Positions 11,745 to 26,368 are shown, counted from the first letter of the stretch. The stretch: 64,000 nt of DNA from Octopus vulgaris (GCA_951406725.2 OX597819.1:23932001-23996000); one strand, 5' to 3'. The notes: generated from the letters alone by a model not told the origin. A program made the numbers and translations.

Positions 11745-12200
11745 ATGCTGGGGCATTGCTATTTATGTTATTGCTATGTTATTTCAAACTCTCTTCCCGA
11801 CACTCTCTCCGGATTTGTTCGTAGTAAAGCAGTGAGTTGGAAAAATCTAACCATTTTTGAGTTTCTTGAAATGATAGGTTCATCAAGTATCTCAGATATA
11901 AAAGTGTCTAAATACTCTTTGAACTTATCCACATTCATCTCTAGTTCTATGACTTTTTTTTTTCTGGTACCTTATCGAAAAACAGTGGATCCTTGAAGTC
12001 TAAGCAGTTGTATATATCATTTATATACGAAGCAAAAATGAATTTTATTAAGATTCCATAATAAGATATTTTATAAACAATCTTTCCTTTTTTATTCTGT
12101 TTTCTATATGTGCTCTGAGTCATACCCGTCTGCAGCTTCCAAATAAAAGATGCGTGGACTATAACACCTGAAAACCGCATACGTCAGTATATATGGAATT
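11745..12200 (-). mobile_element. Decayed 3' fragment of a CR1/L2-group (Crack/Daphne-like) LINE
   Basis: Minus-strand peptides PLFFDKVP and MNVDKFKEYLDTFISEILDEP resemble the C-terminal FK..LD.FL..IPDEP motif. Many stops. Confidence 0.45.
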
Positions 12201-12277
12201 CCAAATACTGGTTATTTTTTGTTCAAGTTAAATGTTAAATCACACTGTATTTACACAGACACAGACACACACACAGA

Positions 12278-12336
<59 letters not shown>

Positions 12337-12542
12337 TAAATGTTTGCTTTTATGTTTAGCTATAATAACAATTTTACATTAATCTGATGGGTTAAATTAT
12401 ACTTTTGTAGAGCACAAATTTACTATCCTTATACAAGAATGTTGTTGACAGTGACTTCGATGTTTCGGCTAGCTAACCCATCGTGAGGCTAATACATACA
12501 TACATGCATACATGCATACATATATATATATGTATATATATA

Positions 12543-12592
<50 letters not shown>

Positions 12593-12596
12593 CATA

Positions 12597-12643
<47 letters not shown>

Positions 12644-12730
12644 CTGGCCTACATTATATACTCCCTATGATATATATATATATATAATAATATATATATT
12701 TATATATATATATTTTATATAATATATATG

Positions 12731-12776
<46 letters not shown>

Positions 12777-12817
12777 GCATCATGCATACATATATATATA
12801 TGCTTAGCCAGCGGGGC

Positions 12818-12859
<42 letters not shown>

Positions 12860-13018
12860 TGGCCTGCTCGCTTAGCCAGCGGGGCGGCGTCATTTGAAGG
12901 CTAAAACAATGCGATAACATCTGATAACCTGGTCGGTCACGGTGATCACGGTGATATATATATACATATATATATATATACATATATATGTATATGTATA
13001 TATATACACACACACGCC

Positions 13019-13089
<71 letters not shown>

Positions 13090-14128
13090 GTACTGTTTTT
13101 CTGTTGTAAAAAAATGGTTTGTTCCATGCTTGTTTTTCCGTTTTCGTTTCTCGTTGAGTTCTACGTCTAGTTGTGGTGTCCTGTACTTACGTATATATTT
13201 ATATATGCATGTATATATACATGTAGATGTAGGTACGTACATATATGTTTGTATGTATGCATATATTCTATTTATTACACTATTGTTTGACAGCGCCCTC
13301 GCGTCGATTCGATTCGATTCGTTCGTTTCGTTCTGTTCTTCCTCTTCTCCAAGTACTGTTTTATATATTAATTATGACGCGAAATTCTTTATCTCTTTGC
13401 TTTACCTTCCCTTCTCTCTCTCAGCCGCTTGTCTTCCTCTATCTCTCTCTCTCTCACTCCTCCTCATCTTTGTCACTGCTAGCCAAAACTACTTCCTTTT
13501 ACATGCGGCCTTCAAACTGTGAACACACATTTGCTTTCCCTTGCGCTGCCAGAATCTCCGTCTAAGCCAGAAAAAAAGGCCTTTTCATTTGTTTTCCTGT
13601 TTATTTTTATTTCTCGTATTGTATTTTCTTGTACATGTATTTTTATCTTGTAATTTATTTTGTATTTTTATTTGTATCGTTTTCACGTCCTGTTTGTGTT
13701 ACTTTTTATTTTTTTTCTTTCTTGTTTTTACCCCTCTGCGAAGTAATTTTATTTTAATTCTCTCGCAGGAAGGGCTAGTTTAGACGAGTCGTGTTCTGTC
13801 TTACCTTCGAAACACGCTAGAGTCGAACTAGGGACAGCTGATGAAGGGGATTTTTCCTTGTGTAGTTTTTCTGTTGTAAAAAAATGGTTTGTTCCATGCT
13901 TGTTTTTCCGCTTTCGTTTCTCGTTGAGTTCTACGTCTAGTTGTGGTGTCCTGTACTTACGTATATATTTATATATGCATGTATATGTGCATGTAGATGT
14001 AGGTACGTACATATATGCTTGTATGTATGCATATATTTTATTTATTACACTATTGTTTGACAGCGCCCTCGCGTCGATTCGATTCGATTCGTTCGTTTCG
14101 TTCCGTTCTTCCTCTTCTCCAACTACTG

Positions 14129-14130
<2 letters not shown>
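13090..14130 (+). mobile_element. Penelope-like element with ~270-bp tandem direct repeats (pLTR-like)
   Basis: 13096-13360 is nearly identical to 13866-14130. Hammerhead core words at 13805-13850. Related diverged copy on minus at 41380-41825. (TA)n flanks. Confidence 0.65.
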
Positions 14131-14194
<64 letters not shown>

Positions 14195-14248
14195 TATATA
14201 CATGCACACTAATAATGGATTCAGATAGAATAATATTTTGAAAGCAAT

Positions 14249-14318
14249 TAATACGTAGGTTTCAGATCTGCGTAATATCTAATAGGAAATACACCTTACG
14301 CAATACTTTCCTCAGTTA
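14249..14318 (-). ncRNA. Type I hammerhead motif, extended stem II
   Basis: TAA-CTGAGGA-AAGTATTGCGTAA...TTACGCAGATCT-GAAA-CCTACG-TA-TTA. Confidence 0.65.
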
Positions 14319-14498
14319 CATACACATTTTTGTGCACACGTAGGATAAAACAACACTTACTACATTATGAGAAATGAGTATTGTTGATTCATTCCATTGC
14401 ATCTCAAATTTTCTTGGGGAGAAACGTCTAAAATTCAAAGCTTACACCTACCAGAGCTGAACCACAACTAAAATAATCTAACGTGTCTTTATATTTGA

Positions 14499-15014
14499 CT
14501 AGCAGTATCGCCCGGCGTTGCTCGGGTTTGTAAGGGAAATAACTATATAAGCATTTTTAGAGAGTTACTTCCTTTATAGATGCCAATTCGGGCTTTCTTA
14601 GCCATTTCTGTTTTGGTGTCTTCAAGCCATGAAGTCGTTGTTCTAAAAGAACGCTGGTCTCCTTGACAACGCTTTACGACGTTGATTTCCTTAAACTCCC
14701 TTCCCCACAGCTTCACGAGGGAGGGAAGAAGGGGAGAAGCAAACACAGGTGCAGGTGTTTGAGCGTGGACGCCAACTCCGCCGCCATCGACACACGAAAA
14801 ATTATGCATTAAAATGGAATAAAAAATGATGTTAAATTATTTTTAAAATCGTAGACTCATCGTAGACGCGCGCTAATACGCAGACGGGCTCGATATGAAT
14901 CACGACTATAAGATACCCGAATTTGGTTAAACTGCACCGCAAAATGTCGGAGGAGTTAGGAATCTAAATCGTAGGAGACAGACACTCACGCAACTACAGT
15001 TTTATATATATAGA
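14499..15014 (-). mobile_element. Non-autonomous Helitron
   Basis: Minus strand starts TC(TATATATATAAAA) and ends with hairpin CCCGAGCAACGCCGGG then CTAG. Inserted between A and T with no TSD. Confidence 0.85.
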
Positions 15015-15751
15015 TGACAGATTTGCGTGATATTTGTCAGTTATTTCTAGCAAGCCAGATACTTCGTTGCGCTGTTTATAAAGTTGCTGAATGTAATGGC
15101 AAAAAGTGACAAGGGAACGTCCGTAACTTAGTGACTGTTGTTTCTGAGTTCAAATCCCAAAGGGATCGATATAATAAAATATCAAACAAATAACTCCTCC
15201 CAAAATCCACGTCTTTTGCCAATGTTTGAAGCAATTATTTGGCGACTCCAGCTGAATATGAACTGAGAAGTAAAAGAAATGAAAATAAATTGGTCCGACG
15301 CTCCATCAATTTCTGCTCACAGACAAGAGACAAATTAACATTCACCAAGTCTTTGTTGGTTAATAGTCTCCGTTTTAAATCGTGTTTATTATTTCAATGT
15401 CTACACGAAAAATCTCATATTCGCAATGTAAACAATACTCGCCACTACCGTGTAATTAGCGCTCAGGTTTTGTTTATTTATTGCACACGAACATACACAA
15501 TTACACACAAACACATACACACGCACTCACACACGTACAATGTTATATATACTCTCTTCTGTTGATATTTTTATCTGCATGCTTTCGTCATTATTTTTAT
15601 TGCTAACTTCCATGAATGATTGATTATCCCTTCCAGTTTTCTTCATTTTTGTCCCTGAAAGACTACCCCAAATTATGAACGATTTTCACAGTGCACTAAT
15701 TGACTTCAGACATTTGCTGTTGTTCACTGAAATATTTTGTTAGCGTGTATG

Positions 15752-16054
<303 letters not shown>

Positions 16055-17439
16055 ATGTCGGTCTGTTTGTATGTCTGTCTAATAATGACTGAGAAAAGAA
16101 CTAGAATTATGCAATTACCTTCATTAGCTTACAGCTGTTTCTGCTATCATGGTTGGCACCTTCAGATGATTTTCTTTTCATTCCAACAAAACGCATTATC
16201 TCTTGCGTAAACAAAACTTCTAATTCTTTTTTTTAGGGAAATGGAAATGCCTTTAACAGAATAAACAGATCTTAACAGGGAGGTGTCATGAGCTGGAACA
16301 TAACATCCAGGGTGCAATACTGTTTTGATAAGATCGAATTGTAATAAACGGGCATAGAGTAAATATTTGACTGTATGAATTAATGATTCGCAGATTGCCG
16401 ATGCAGATAATTTACTAAGGGTCCCGAAATTCCGTTTAATGTTAGCATTTATAGAAGGCATTAATATTTGTGTTCCTGTAAATAAGTTTGTGAAATTTTA
16501 AAGATGGCTTGGAATTCCATGGAGTAAACTATCACTAAGAGGCCCGAAGGTTTCAGTGACACTCGGAGATCAACAATGAAATGAAATAAACATTTGTCTT
16601 AAACTATATTCCGTCAGTTCTAAAATCCGTTTGTTTGGCATGACTGTAGCCTTGGAATAAGGGACACTCTCTACTCTTGGGTGCAACTGTAGTGGATTCT
16701 TTTACTGTTTTTAATTGTGTCTTTAATAATGGTGTTCTTGCAGGATCTAACACTTCATTGAAAGAATAAAAAAAAAACAAATTCTTAAAGGTATCGACTA
16801 GCTATATTTTCCAGGTTATTGTTTGAAAAATTAACGGATTAAAACAGTAATCTGTGTATCATAGATAATAAAAATACACTACGAAAAGTCAAATTGATGC
16901 ATAGATTGCTATTTTAATCCAATACTGCTACTATTGCACATAACGAATTTTTATTCAGCCGGCCGGCTAATCGCAACATCAGTGATTTTTCATTCACTGT
17001 TTTCCCATAAACGGATTTTGTTTTGGCATGTATTTGCCTGCGGCTACATGCTGCTAACGAAGTACGAAAATGTAGAAACGTGCATCTTGTACTCGTGTTA
17101 CCGCAGTTGGAGGACTTTTTTCTGTTAACATAGTGCGTCTATAAGAGATACTATTTTTGGACAAATGCTGTAATTAATTTAGCTTTCAGTGATGTATTTG
17201 CAATAAATATGGTACACAGATTGATTGCTATTTTAGTTCAATACGGCATCTGCTGCATATATCAAATTTTCCTACCTACCTACCTACCTACCTACCTACC
17301 TACATATCTACCTACCTACCTACCTACCTACCTACCTACATACCTATCTACCTACCTACCTACCTACCTACATACATATATACATACATACATACATACA
17401 CACACATATACACACACATACACACACATATACGTATAC

Positions 17440-17524
<85 letters not shown>

Positions 17525-17925
17525 GTTGACATCTTATGAATGCATAGACTTTCGATGGAACGTGGAATAATTCTATTTTGGAATTGGAGCTCGAAGCACA
17601 TACAAAGCCATAAATAATAACATACCAACATTAGTTTGAAAACCCATTTTGAAATAAAAAAAATCGAAGGCTGCCCGGAGGACTGGAACTTACAACAAGT
17701 GTTCTGTCGTTGTCTCGTGTGATTTATGGACTGCGACATAAACACTGAAAAAAGTCCATGGGTTTGGTTACATTTCAATTGATCCATATTTCAATTGACC
17801 CATATGTGAGGATATTCTATGTCATTCCATTTCTTTCTTTCTATAATCCCTTTCCGACATTATGAACACAGAATTATAAAACGAGTATAGAGATAAGCGC
17901 GAACATTTATCCCCACACTGATTAT

Positions 17926-18027
<102 letters not shown>

Positions 18028-18182
18028 GGATATACACACATATATATACACATACATGTATACATATATATATGCATATATATATACATACATACATATA
18101 TATATGTATATATATATAGATATACACACATATATATACACATACATATATACATATACATATATATATATATATATATAAT

Positions 18183-18655
18183 CAATATCAGGGTAGCAAA
18201 AAATTCAAGAGAAATTTTTTTCGCCACCAGCGGTCCATTGAGAAAGAAAAAATAGTCAACAGACTATATAATATACATTCAACAATATTAAGGAATGGCC
18301 TTGGTAGGCCATTCGACCCACTAGAAAGAGCAGCTAAACTCAAACCGCTAAATAGTTGTAATTCAGAAACCAAATGAAAATAAAAACATTTACCCTTATC
18401 ATCTTTGGACTATGCATAGTTTCGACATACATATTGGCAAACCGATTAAATTAAATTAAATTGAATCTATTTGCCACTGGCAAATTAAGTCGGTTTGCCA
18501 ATATGTATGTCGAAACTATGCATAGTCCAAAGATGATAAGGGTAAATATTTTTATTTTCATTTGGTTTCTGAATTACAGCTATTTAGCGGTTTGAGTTTA
18601 GCTTCTCTTTCTAGTGGGTCGAATGGCCTATCAAGGCCATTCCTTAATATTGTTG

Positions 18656-18657
<2 letters not shown>
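18183..18657. mobile_element. Penelope-like fragment forming a 168-bp-arm palindrome
   Basis: 18278-18445 is the inverted complement of 18490-18657. Each arm holds the hammerhead 3' half GAAA-CTATGCATAG-TC. (TA)n on both sides. Confidence 0.75.
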
Positions 18658-18728
<71 letters not shown>

Positions 18729-18734
18729 TATATG

Positions 18735-19143
18735 GGCGTTGGAATGGCTGTGTGGTAAGTAGCTTGCTTATCAACCACATGGTTCCGGGTTAAGTCCCAC
18801 TGCATGGAACCTTGAGCAAGTGTCTTCTACTATAGCCTCGGGCCAACCAAAGCCTTGTGAGTGGATTTGGTAGACGGAAACTGAAAGAAGCCCGTCTTTT
18901 ATATGTATATGCATATATATGTACGTGTGTGTATATGTATTTGTGTGTCTGTGTTTGTACCCCCCTCCCGCTTGACAAGTGATGCTGGTGTGTTTACGTC
19001 CCCGTCACTTAGCAGTTCGGCTAAAGAGTCCGATAGAATAAGTACTAGGCTTATAAAGAATAAGTCCTGGTGTCGATTCGCTCGACTAAAGGTGGTGCTC
19101 CAGCATGGCCGCAGGAAAATGACTGAAACAAGTAAAAGAGTAA
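18735..19143 (+). mobile_element. tRNA-derived SINE (family C)
   Basis: Full copy matching 7935-8380 in the opposite orientation. Confidence 0.9.
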
Positions 19144-19144
19144 A

Positions 19145-19183
<39 letters not shown>

Positions 19184-19204
19184 CTGTATATACATATATA
19201 TATG

Positions 19205-19239
<35 letters not shown>

Positions 19240-19285
19240 ATGTGTATGTATGTATATGTATGTATATACATGTATGTATATGTGT

Positions 19286-19317
<32 letters not shown>

Positions 19318-19524
19318 ACAGAGAGGGAGAGATATCTCTGCTAATGGCGAGATAGTTAGCTAGATAAGCTAGATAGGAAGTAATCAGCGTTTCCTTGACA
19401 TCTGATTAAGGGTGTGGTGACTTCGTTTTTTAAAAGTCAACAGTGCTCTGAGTAGCTGGTTTGGTCGATGTACGCAAAATAGTGCTTGGCTGAGGTTATG
19501 GGAAACGTGAAGCACCAATAGCAA

Positions 19525-19612
<88 letters not shown>

Positions 19613-19654
19613 GTAGTAGTAGTAGTAGTAGTAGTAACAACTATTATAATAGTA

Positions 19655-19872
19655 ATAATCCTTTCTACTATAGGCACGAGACCTGAAATTTGGGGAGGAG
19701 GGCTAGTTGATTTCATCAACACCAGTACGTAACTGGTACTTAATTTCATGGATCTTGAAAGGATGAAAGGCAAAGTCGATCTCAGCGGAATTTGAACTCA
19801 TAACGTAAAGATGGACGAAATGCTGTTAAGTATTTTGCCCGGCGCGCTAACGATTCTGCCAACTCGCTACCT
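19655..19872 (-). mobile_element. Meta-type SINE (a second decayed copy follows to ~20010)
   Basis: GAAAGGATGAAAGGCAAAGTCGA...GGAATTTGAACTC. Confidence 0.85.
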
Positions 19873-20492
19873 TAATAATAATAATAAGCTTGAAACTTTG
19901 TGGGGAGGGGACTAGTCGATTAGATCAACCCCAGTGTTTCACTGGTACTAAGATTTTCGAAAATATGAACGGTAATGTCGAACCGGGCAGGATTTGATCT
20001 CAGAAAGAAAAAAAACGTTTGTAGAAATACGCTCCTGCGACTGGTGGGAGGGAGGACATTAATCTCAAAACGAGAACTTGGACCAAATCCTTGTAGTAGG
20101 ATAAGCGTTGCTTTTAGTTCCTAGGACTAGGTGGTGATATTAAACCTGGTTACAAATTACGAATTTGGGTTTATTTAGCTGTTATTTCTAACAAACCGAG
20201 TAACTACGTAGCGGCTCTCGTTGGCTCTGAGAACAGAATTGCCAAAATTACAGAAGTGGTAGAGCATTAAATTAACATTTTTACCGTATTTAATAACGTT
20301 TTTCAAAATTTTTTTTATTTTTAAACCTTCTGATTATCAGTCCTGTCACAATCGCCTTTAATACTTATGTCCCTCGGGGAATGATAAAATGTTAACAAGT
20401 AATGCACTGAGATCTATTCAAAGGGGCTGCTCCTACCACAAATTTGTGCCCAGAGTTGCACACACACACACACACACACGCACACACATACA

Positions 20493-20599
<107 letters not shown>

Positions 20600-21662
20600 A
20601 TATATATATATACGATCACACACCCACATACACATTTACGTGTATATGGTATATAAATGTACATGTGTGTGTGTGCTAGAACAAGTGATTATTTTTCGTC
20701 TTTTCCCTCTTTTCTATTCCATTCTATTATTGCATTCTATTTTAATCTTTTATACTACAGTATTCCATTCTAACTTGTTTTTTTTATTCCAATTCACACC
20801 AGCATATTCTCTTCTGTTCTAACGTGTTCTATTTTGTTCAGGTTTTCTTTTTTTTTTATTCTAATCTAATCTGTTTCTATTCTGCTCATAATCTATTCTA
20901 TTCTATTCTGTCCTATTCTACTCATTTCTATTCTATTCTATTATGTTCTAGTTGCCAGTACAATCGATCTAGTGAATGTAGGATGTAGGCCACCTAATTA
21001 ATTACTTGCTTATTCCTAATACGATTATTCTAGAATATTCCTCATCCCCTATTCAGGTATCCCCTAATACAACTCTTCTTACTCTCTCTTTTTTGCTCAT
21101 ATGTTTTCCCTGTCTTTCTCAATGGAAACCCTTTTCTTCTTTCTCTTCCTCATCCCCATCCCTCTCGTTCTCTTTTTCCCTCTCCTTCTCGGTTTTCCCT
21201 CTCCCCATCTCTTTCGCGTTCTCTCTTTTTTTCCTTTCTCTCTCTCTGTGTTGTTGTTGGATATTTTGGGTTTGGTGAAGAAGGCGTATTTAGTAACAAA
21301 TCACCTGTGACGACGAAATGCCACTAAACAGTTACCGCCAATAACGAGACGACAACCACCATCACCATCACCATCATCATCACCATCACCATTACCACTA
21401 CTACCACAACAAAAATGACAACAACAACAACAACAAAACAATCCCTATCATCTCCAACATCATCACTTATACTATTATTACCCCACCCCTGCCCCCGCCA
21501 CCGTCACCACCACCGCCACCGTCACCGCCATCGCCACCCACCAACAGCAACAATAACAACAAAGCAATCACCACTACAACCATTACCACCATCACTATCA
21601 TCACCACTACCACAAACATCATCACCATCATCACAACCATTCCCTCAACCAACATCAACATC

Positions 21663-22076
21663 AGTGGAGGCGCAATGGCTCAGTGGTTAGGGCAGCGGAC
21701 TCGCGGTCGTAAGAACGCGGTTTCGATCACAGACCGGGCATTGTGAGTGTTTATTGAGCAAAAGCACCTAAGCTGCACGAGGCTTCGGCGGGGGGAGGGG
21801 GTGAACTCTGCTGTATTCTTTCACCACAACTTTCTCTCACTCTTTCTTCCTACTTCTGCCACATAGCAGAGGAACCATGGTGTAACCCACTATGGTGTGG
21901 TAAACTTTCAGACCCTAGTCTAGATTGCGAATCCTCTGTACCCCAGGATGGTTCAGCTCTCCACCCGTTAAAAGCCACCGTTTACGGAATGAGGATAACA
22001 ACGTAGCTTTCACGCCCTTGCAACCGCCAGTCTATCGCGTGTGGTGGGTGGATCTTCACGTTGCCACATGCATTCT

Positions 22077-22080
<4 letters not shown>
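21663..22080 (+). mobile_element. SINE family B with a distinct ~230-bp tail ending in (TAG)n
   Basis: Colinear with 58384-58806 over the whole length. Confidence 0.85.
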
Positions 22081-22112
<32 letters not shown>

Positions 22113-22862
22113 AAGAAGAAGAAGAAGAAGAAGAAGAAGAAGAAGAAGAAGAAGAAAAAGAAGAAGATGATGAAGAAGAAGTAGAAGAAGAAGTAGAGGA
22201 AGAAGATGATGATGAAGGTGAAGAAGAAGAAGAAGTGGAAGAAGAAGAAGTAGAAGAAGAAGTAGAAGAAGAAGATGATGATGAAGATGATGATGAAGAA
22301 GAAGAAGAAGAAGATGATGAAGAAGAAGTAGAAGAAGAAGTAGAGGAAGAAGATGATGATGAAGGTGAAGAAGAAGAAGAAGTGGAAGAAGAAGAAGTAG
22401 AAGAAGAAGTAGAAGAAGAAGATGATGATGAAGATGATGATGAAGAAGAAGAAGAAGAAGAAGTAGAAGAAGAAGTAGAAGAAGAAGATGATGATGAAGA
22501 TGATGATGAAGAAGAAGTAGAAGAAGAAGTAGAAGAAGAAGAAGTAGAAGAAGAAGATGATGATGAAGATGATGAAGAAGAAGAAGAAGAAGAAGAAGAA
22601 AATGATGAAGAAGAAGAAGAAGAAGAAGAAGAAAATGATGAAGAAGAAGTAGAAGAAGTAGAAGAAGAAGATGATGATGAAGATGATGAAGAAGAAGAAG
22701 AAAAGAAGAAGTAGAAGAAGAATATGATGATGATGAAGAAGAAGAAGAAGAAGAAGAAGAAGAAGAAGAAGAAGAAGAAGAAGAAGAAGAAGAAGATAAT
22801 GATGATGAAGAAGAAGAAGAAGAAGAAGAAGAAGAAGAAGAAGAAGAAGAAGAAGAAGAAGA
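22078..22862. repeat. (TAG)n-(GAA/GAT/GTA)n purine-rich array with a 147-bp higher-order duplication
   Basis: Rare marker GAAGGTG recurs at 22214 and 22361. Confidence 0.9.
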
Positions 22863-22899
22863 TCAACACCACCAGCACTGATATTACAAACAATAACAG

Positions 22900-23170
22900 C
22901 GCCATGACCGTGGCTTAGTGGTTAGGGTATTCGACTCACGATCGTAAGGTCGAGAGTTCAATTCCCGGCTACGCGTTGTTTCTTTGAACAAGGACTTTAT
23001 TTCGTCTTACTTATTTCATCTTACTCCACTGGCAAAAATGAGTATTTCAAAGGGGTCAGCCTTGTCACAGTATGTGTCACGCCGGGTTTTCTTGAGAACT
23101 ACGTTAAATGTATGCGTGTTTGTGGAGTGCTTAGCGACTTGCACGTTAATTTCACGAGTAGGCTGTTTCA
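22900..23170 (+). mobile_element. tRNA-derived SINE (family B, decayed)
   Basis: GTGGCTTAGTGGTTAGGG...GTTCAATTCCC, and body similar to 4405-4723. Confidence 0.8.
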
Positions 23171-23298
23171 GTGCAAGTTTAGTATTACACCTGTATGTGA
23201 AATGCTCAACGAATTACACGTTTATTTTTTCGTACGTAATTCAGTTGATTGATGTAATTAAAAATCACCATCGAAATCGACATTTATTTATTTATATA

Positions 23299-23764
23299 CT
23301 AGCAGCATAGCCCGGCGTTGCCCGGGTATGTAAGAGCCCCTAGTAGGCAACGACTAATCCCAATCTAGTCCTTTCCCTCTAGGGAACGAAGGCGCATATG
23401 TAGATTGCAATGTCTTCTCTTCACTCGAATACTTCTGTGTATACGATGTTCCTAGCTGTCCCTTTGGGCGAAAACATGAAAACATCATTGCGCCTCCCAA
23501 CGCGTGAACAGCTCACGTACAGCCCAGAAAATGTGTTGCATATAAAAAGCTTAGATTCTCGACCCCATGTCGAATTTATCGATTTTCTTCAGAACTGGGG
23601 GAACTTTTCAAAATTTTCGCTGCGTTAGTTTTGAATTGTGACATTGGGCTATGTTTGTGTCAAGTTTCATCAGAATCGGTTGAAAGCCGTGGTCAGGGTG
23701 AGGGTACAACCTGACAGACACACAGACACACAGACAGACAAACTGCCGTTTATATAGAGAGAGA
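23299..23764 (-). mobile_element. Non-autonomous Helitron
   Basis: 5' TC, subterminal hairpin CCCGGGCAACGCCGGG, 3' CTAG, A|T insertion site. Confidence 0.85.
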
Positions 23765-25060
23765 TACAGACAGACATTTATTCATATAAACAAACAGACA
23801 AAAAGAACTTAGCGAACCTTCAGACATAGATGACACCTTATCCCCACAAGTAACAAAAGCTTAAGAGTCGAGATATCTTACAGGAAATGTCATTTGGCAC
23901 AAGGGTTGCCAGACCCCCTAAATACGATATGACAAAACCAAAAAAGAAAAAAGAATATCATCTTTAAAAAATGCAGGAAAAGATGACGAATAAGAAGGTG
24001 CGAAGAAAGAAAAGTGGCGCTTAGAATAATAGTTTATGACAGGTGTATATATTACCAGAAGTAAAAAGATATTTAGATTCTTCACTGATATACTATAACA
24101 CCTATTATTTTCGTTCGGTCTGTTGGTGAAATGTGAGTGAGACCTTTGGCATAATGTCGAAGAGGAAATGAAATAATCTTCAAAAATTGTATTTGTGCAC
24201 ACGCACGTGTGGACGTAAGTCTTCTTATCTTCTCTGTGGTAATATATACCAAGAGCTGAAAGAATACAATTCATGGACACTCAAAATCGAACATTGTTTA
24301 GAATTAAGACATTTTATTTTATAATTAAAAGGTTTTTACATTTTTCGTTTGCGTTATTAAAATGCGGTAAAGATTACGTTTCGCCACATTATGTTGGCAA
24401 ATAACCTTTACTTTAGAGTAGTGTTCATGAATGACTCTCGCTGAAGGATTTCAAAATAATGTTTCTGGTTATTAAAATGCATTCTGTAGAATGCTTGGTT
24501 GACATGAAGTTTTGGTTAACGATTTTACATACATACAACTTTAATACATACATACATAATACATATTTATATAAAAGGTAGGTTTTCCTAGCATTTCTAG
24601 ATTTATGGGAAATATTATGTTGATAAGGAAATGAACTTTACGATTCTAATCCAGAAACGTACGTCCATAATTAATCGAGGACTGTGTGATTTCGCTATTT
24701 TTCTTCTTTGTTTTGCCATATGTGAGTTACAAATATTATTGTCTGTGGAGACTTATTTCTGTAGTAATAGAAATAATAGTTTTTTGGCTGCTATTTCTAA
24801 TATTTTCAGTATGTTGTTTAAGCAACTTGTTGCAAAAAACCTTTATTATTATAATTATATAAATTTTTACCGAATATGGTCCTTTTCCATACCGAAATAT
24901 TACTAGGTGAAATTTGTTGATTTTATTAAATTAATTATATTTCACCCTATATCTGTAATGACTGTTTTTACTCCCCTAAGACAAAACTACGAATCCTTTT
25001 TCGGCAGTACTATTTTTGTGACTCACGTGGTAGAATTCTGGAGGGAGATACGAATTCACT

Positions 25061-25134
<74 letters not shown>

Positions 25135-25170
25135 TGTATGTATATGTATATAGATCTGCACATATATATG

Positions 25171-25206
<36 letters not shown>

Positions 25207-25269
25207 TGTATATTATATGTATAAATATATGTATGCATGTATATCTGTATATATATATATATATGTAAT

Positions 25270-25364
<95 letters not shown>

Positions 25365-25850
25365 TTTTGACTGCTATTTCGGCATGGTGGTGTCTCTCAG
25401 ATACCCTTATTTATAGTTGTAAAATATTATTACCTTTGTATGGTATTTATTACCATGCTGGCCACTTGATAATATCGATATTATCCTTATTTATACATTT
25501 ATATATATATATATAGATGTATATGTATAGATGTATATGTATAGATGTATATATATATATAGATTTATATGTATATATATATATATATAAGTATGCTTAT
25601 ACATGTATATATATGTGTATATATATATATATGTATGTATATATATTTATGCATATTTATGTATATATATATGTGTATATATATATGTATATGTATTTAT
25701 ATATATGTATATATATATACATATATTTATGTAAATATATATTCAATAATAATAAAAAGTAACAACAAAAGAACGAAACCTCGATATTAGATAAATAGAC
25801 GATTATTTGTAAATGTTATAATTTAGAGTAAACAGTAAAATGTTGTCATT

Positions 25851-25909
25851 ATAGTACTCGGAGTTTCGAATGTCGGAGCGAAGAGCTACGATGCATTCTC
25901 GTCGGCTAT
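25851..25909 (-). ncRNA. Type I hammerhead motif, CCGACGA core variant
   Basis: ATAG-CCGACGA-GAATG...CATTC-GAAA-CTCCGAG-TA-CTAT. All three stems pair. Confidence 0.7.
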
Positions 25910-26307
25910 TAATGGCAACAGTTGCTATGAAAAACCGTTGAATGTGATCAACTAACTTTTTAAATAAAATAAGCCGAGATAACTTAATGTTTCCTTTCTT
26001 TATTTCAGATGATATTATTTGGTGGAGATTTAGTTGTTATTTCTAACAGATCAATCGACGATATACAGAGCTTCCTCGTTGGCTCATTATCCGCATGTCA
26101 TTGTTATTGCTGCTGTTGGTAAATATTATTTGGAAATGATCAAATTGTTAAACAAACATGTTATATTCATTAAGTAAGACTCTACAGAAATACAACGATA
26201 TCTATTTCGTCTTAGAGTATCAGTTCAATTGTTTTTCCTATTTTGCTGTAAAAGAATACATGCAAGGAAGAAGCATGCGAGTGTTGATATGTATTCATAT
26301 ATATAAT

Positions 26308-26367
<60 letters not shown>

Positions 26368-26368
26368 A

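Noticed and set aside
16162-16760. Coding-looking unique sequence, 99-aa minus ORF
   Set aside because: No recognisable motif, stops in adjacent sequence, and no convincing splice sites.
21982-22918. 217-aa poly-E/D and 307-aa poly-S/F ORFs
   Set aside because: Translations of a trinucleotide array attached to a SINE tail, with no gene context.
25990-26090. TTTCAG acceptor followed by ATG
   Set aside because: The downstream sequence is a dispersed decayed repeat also seen near 7060, 15030, 20170 and 51070.
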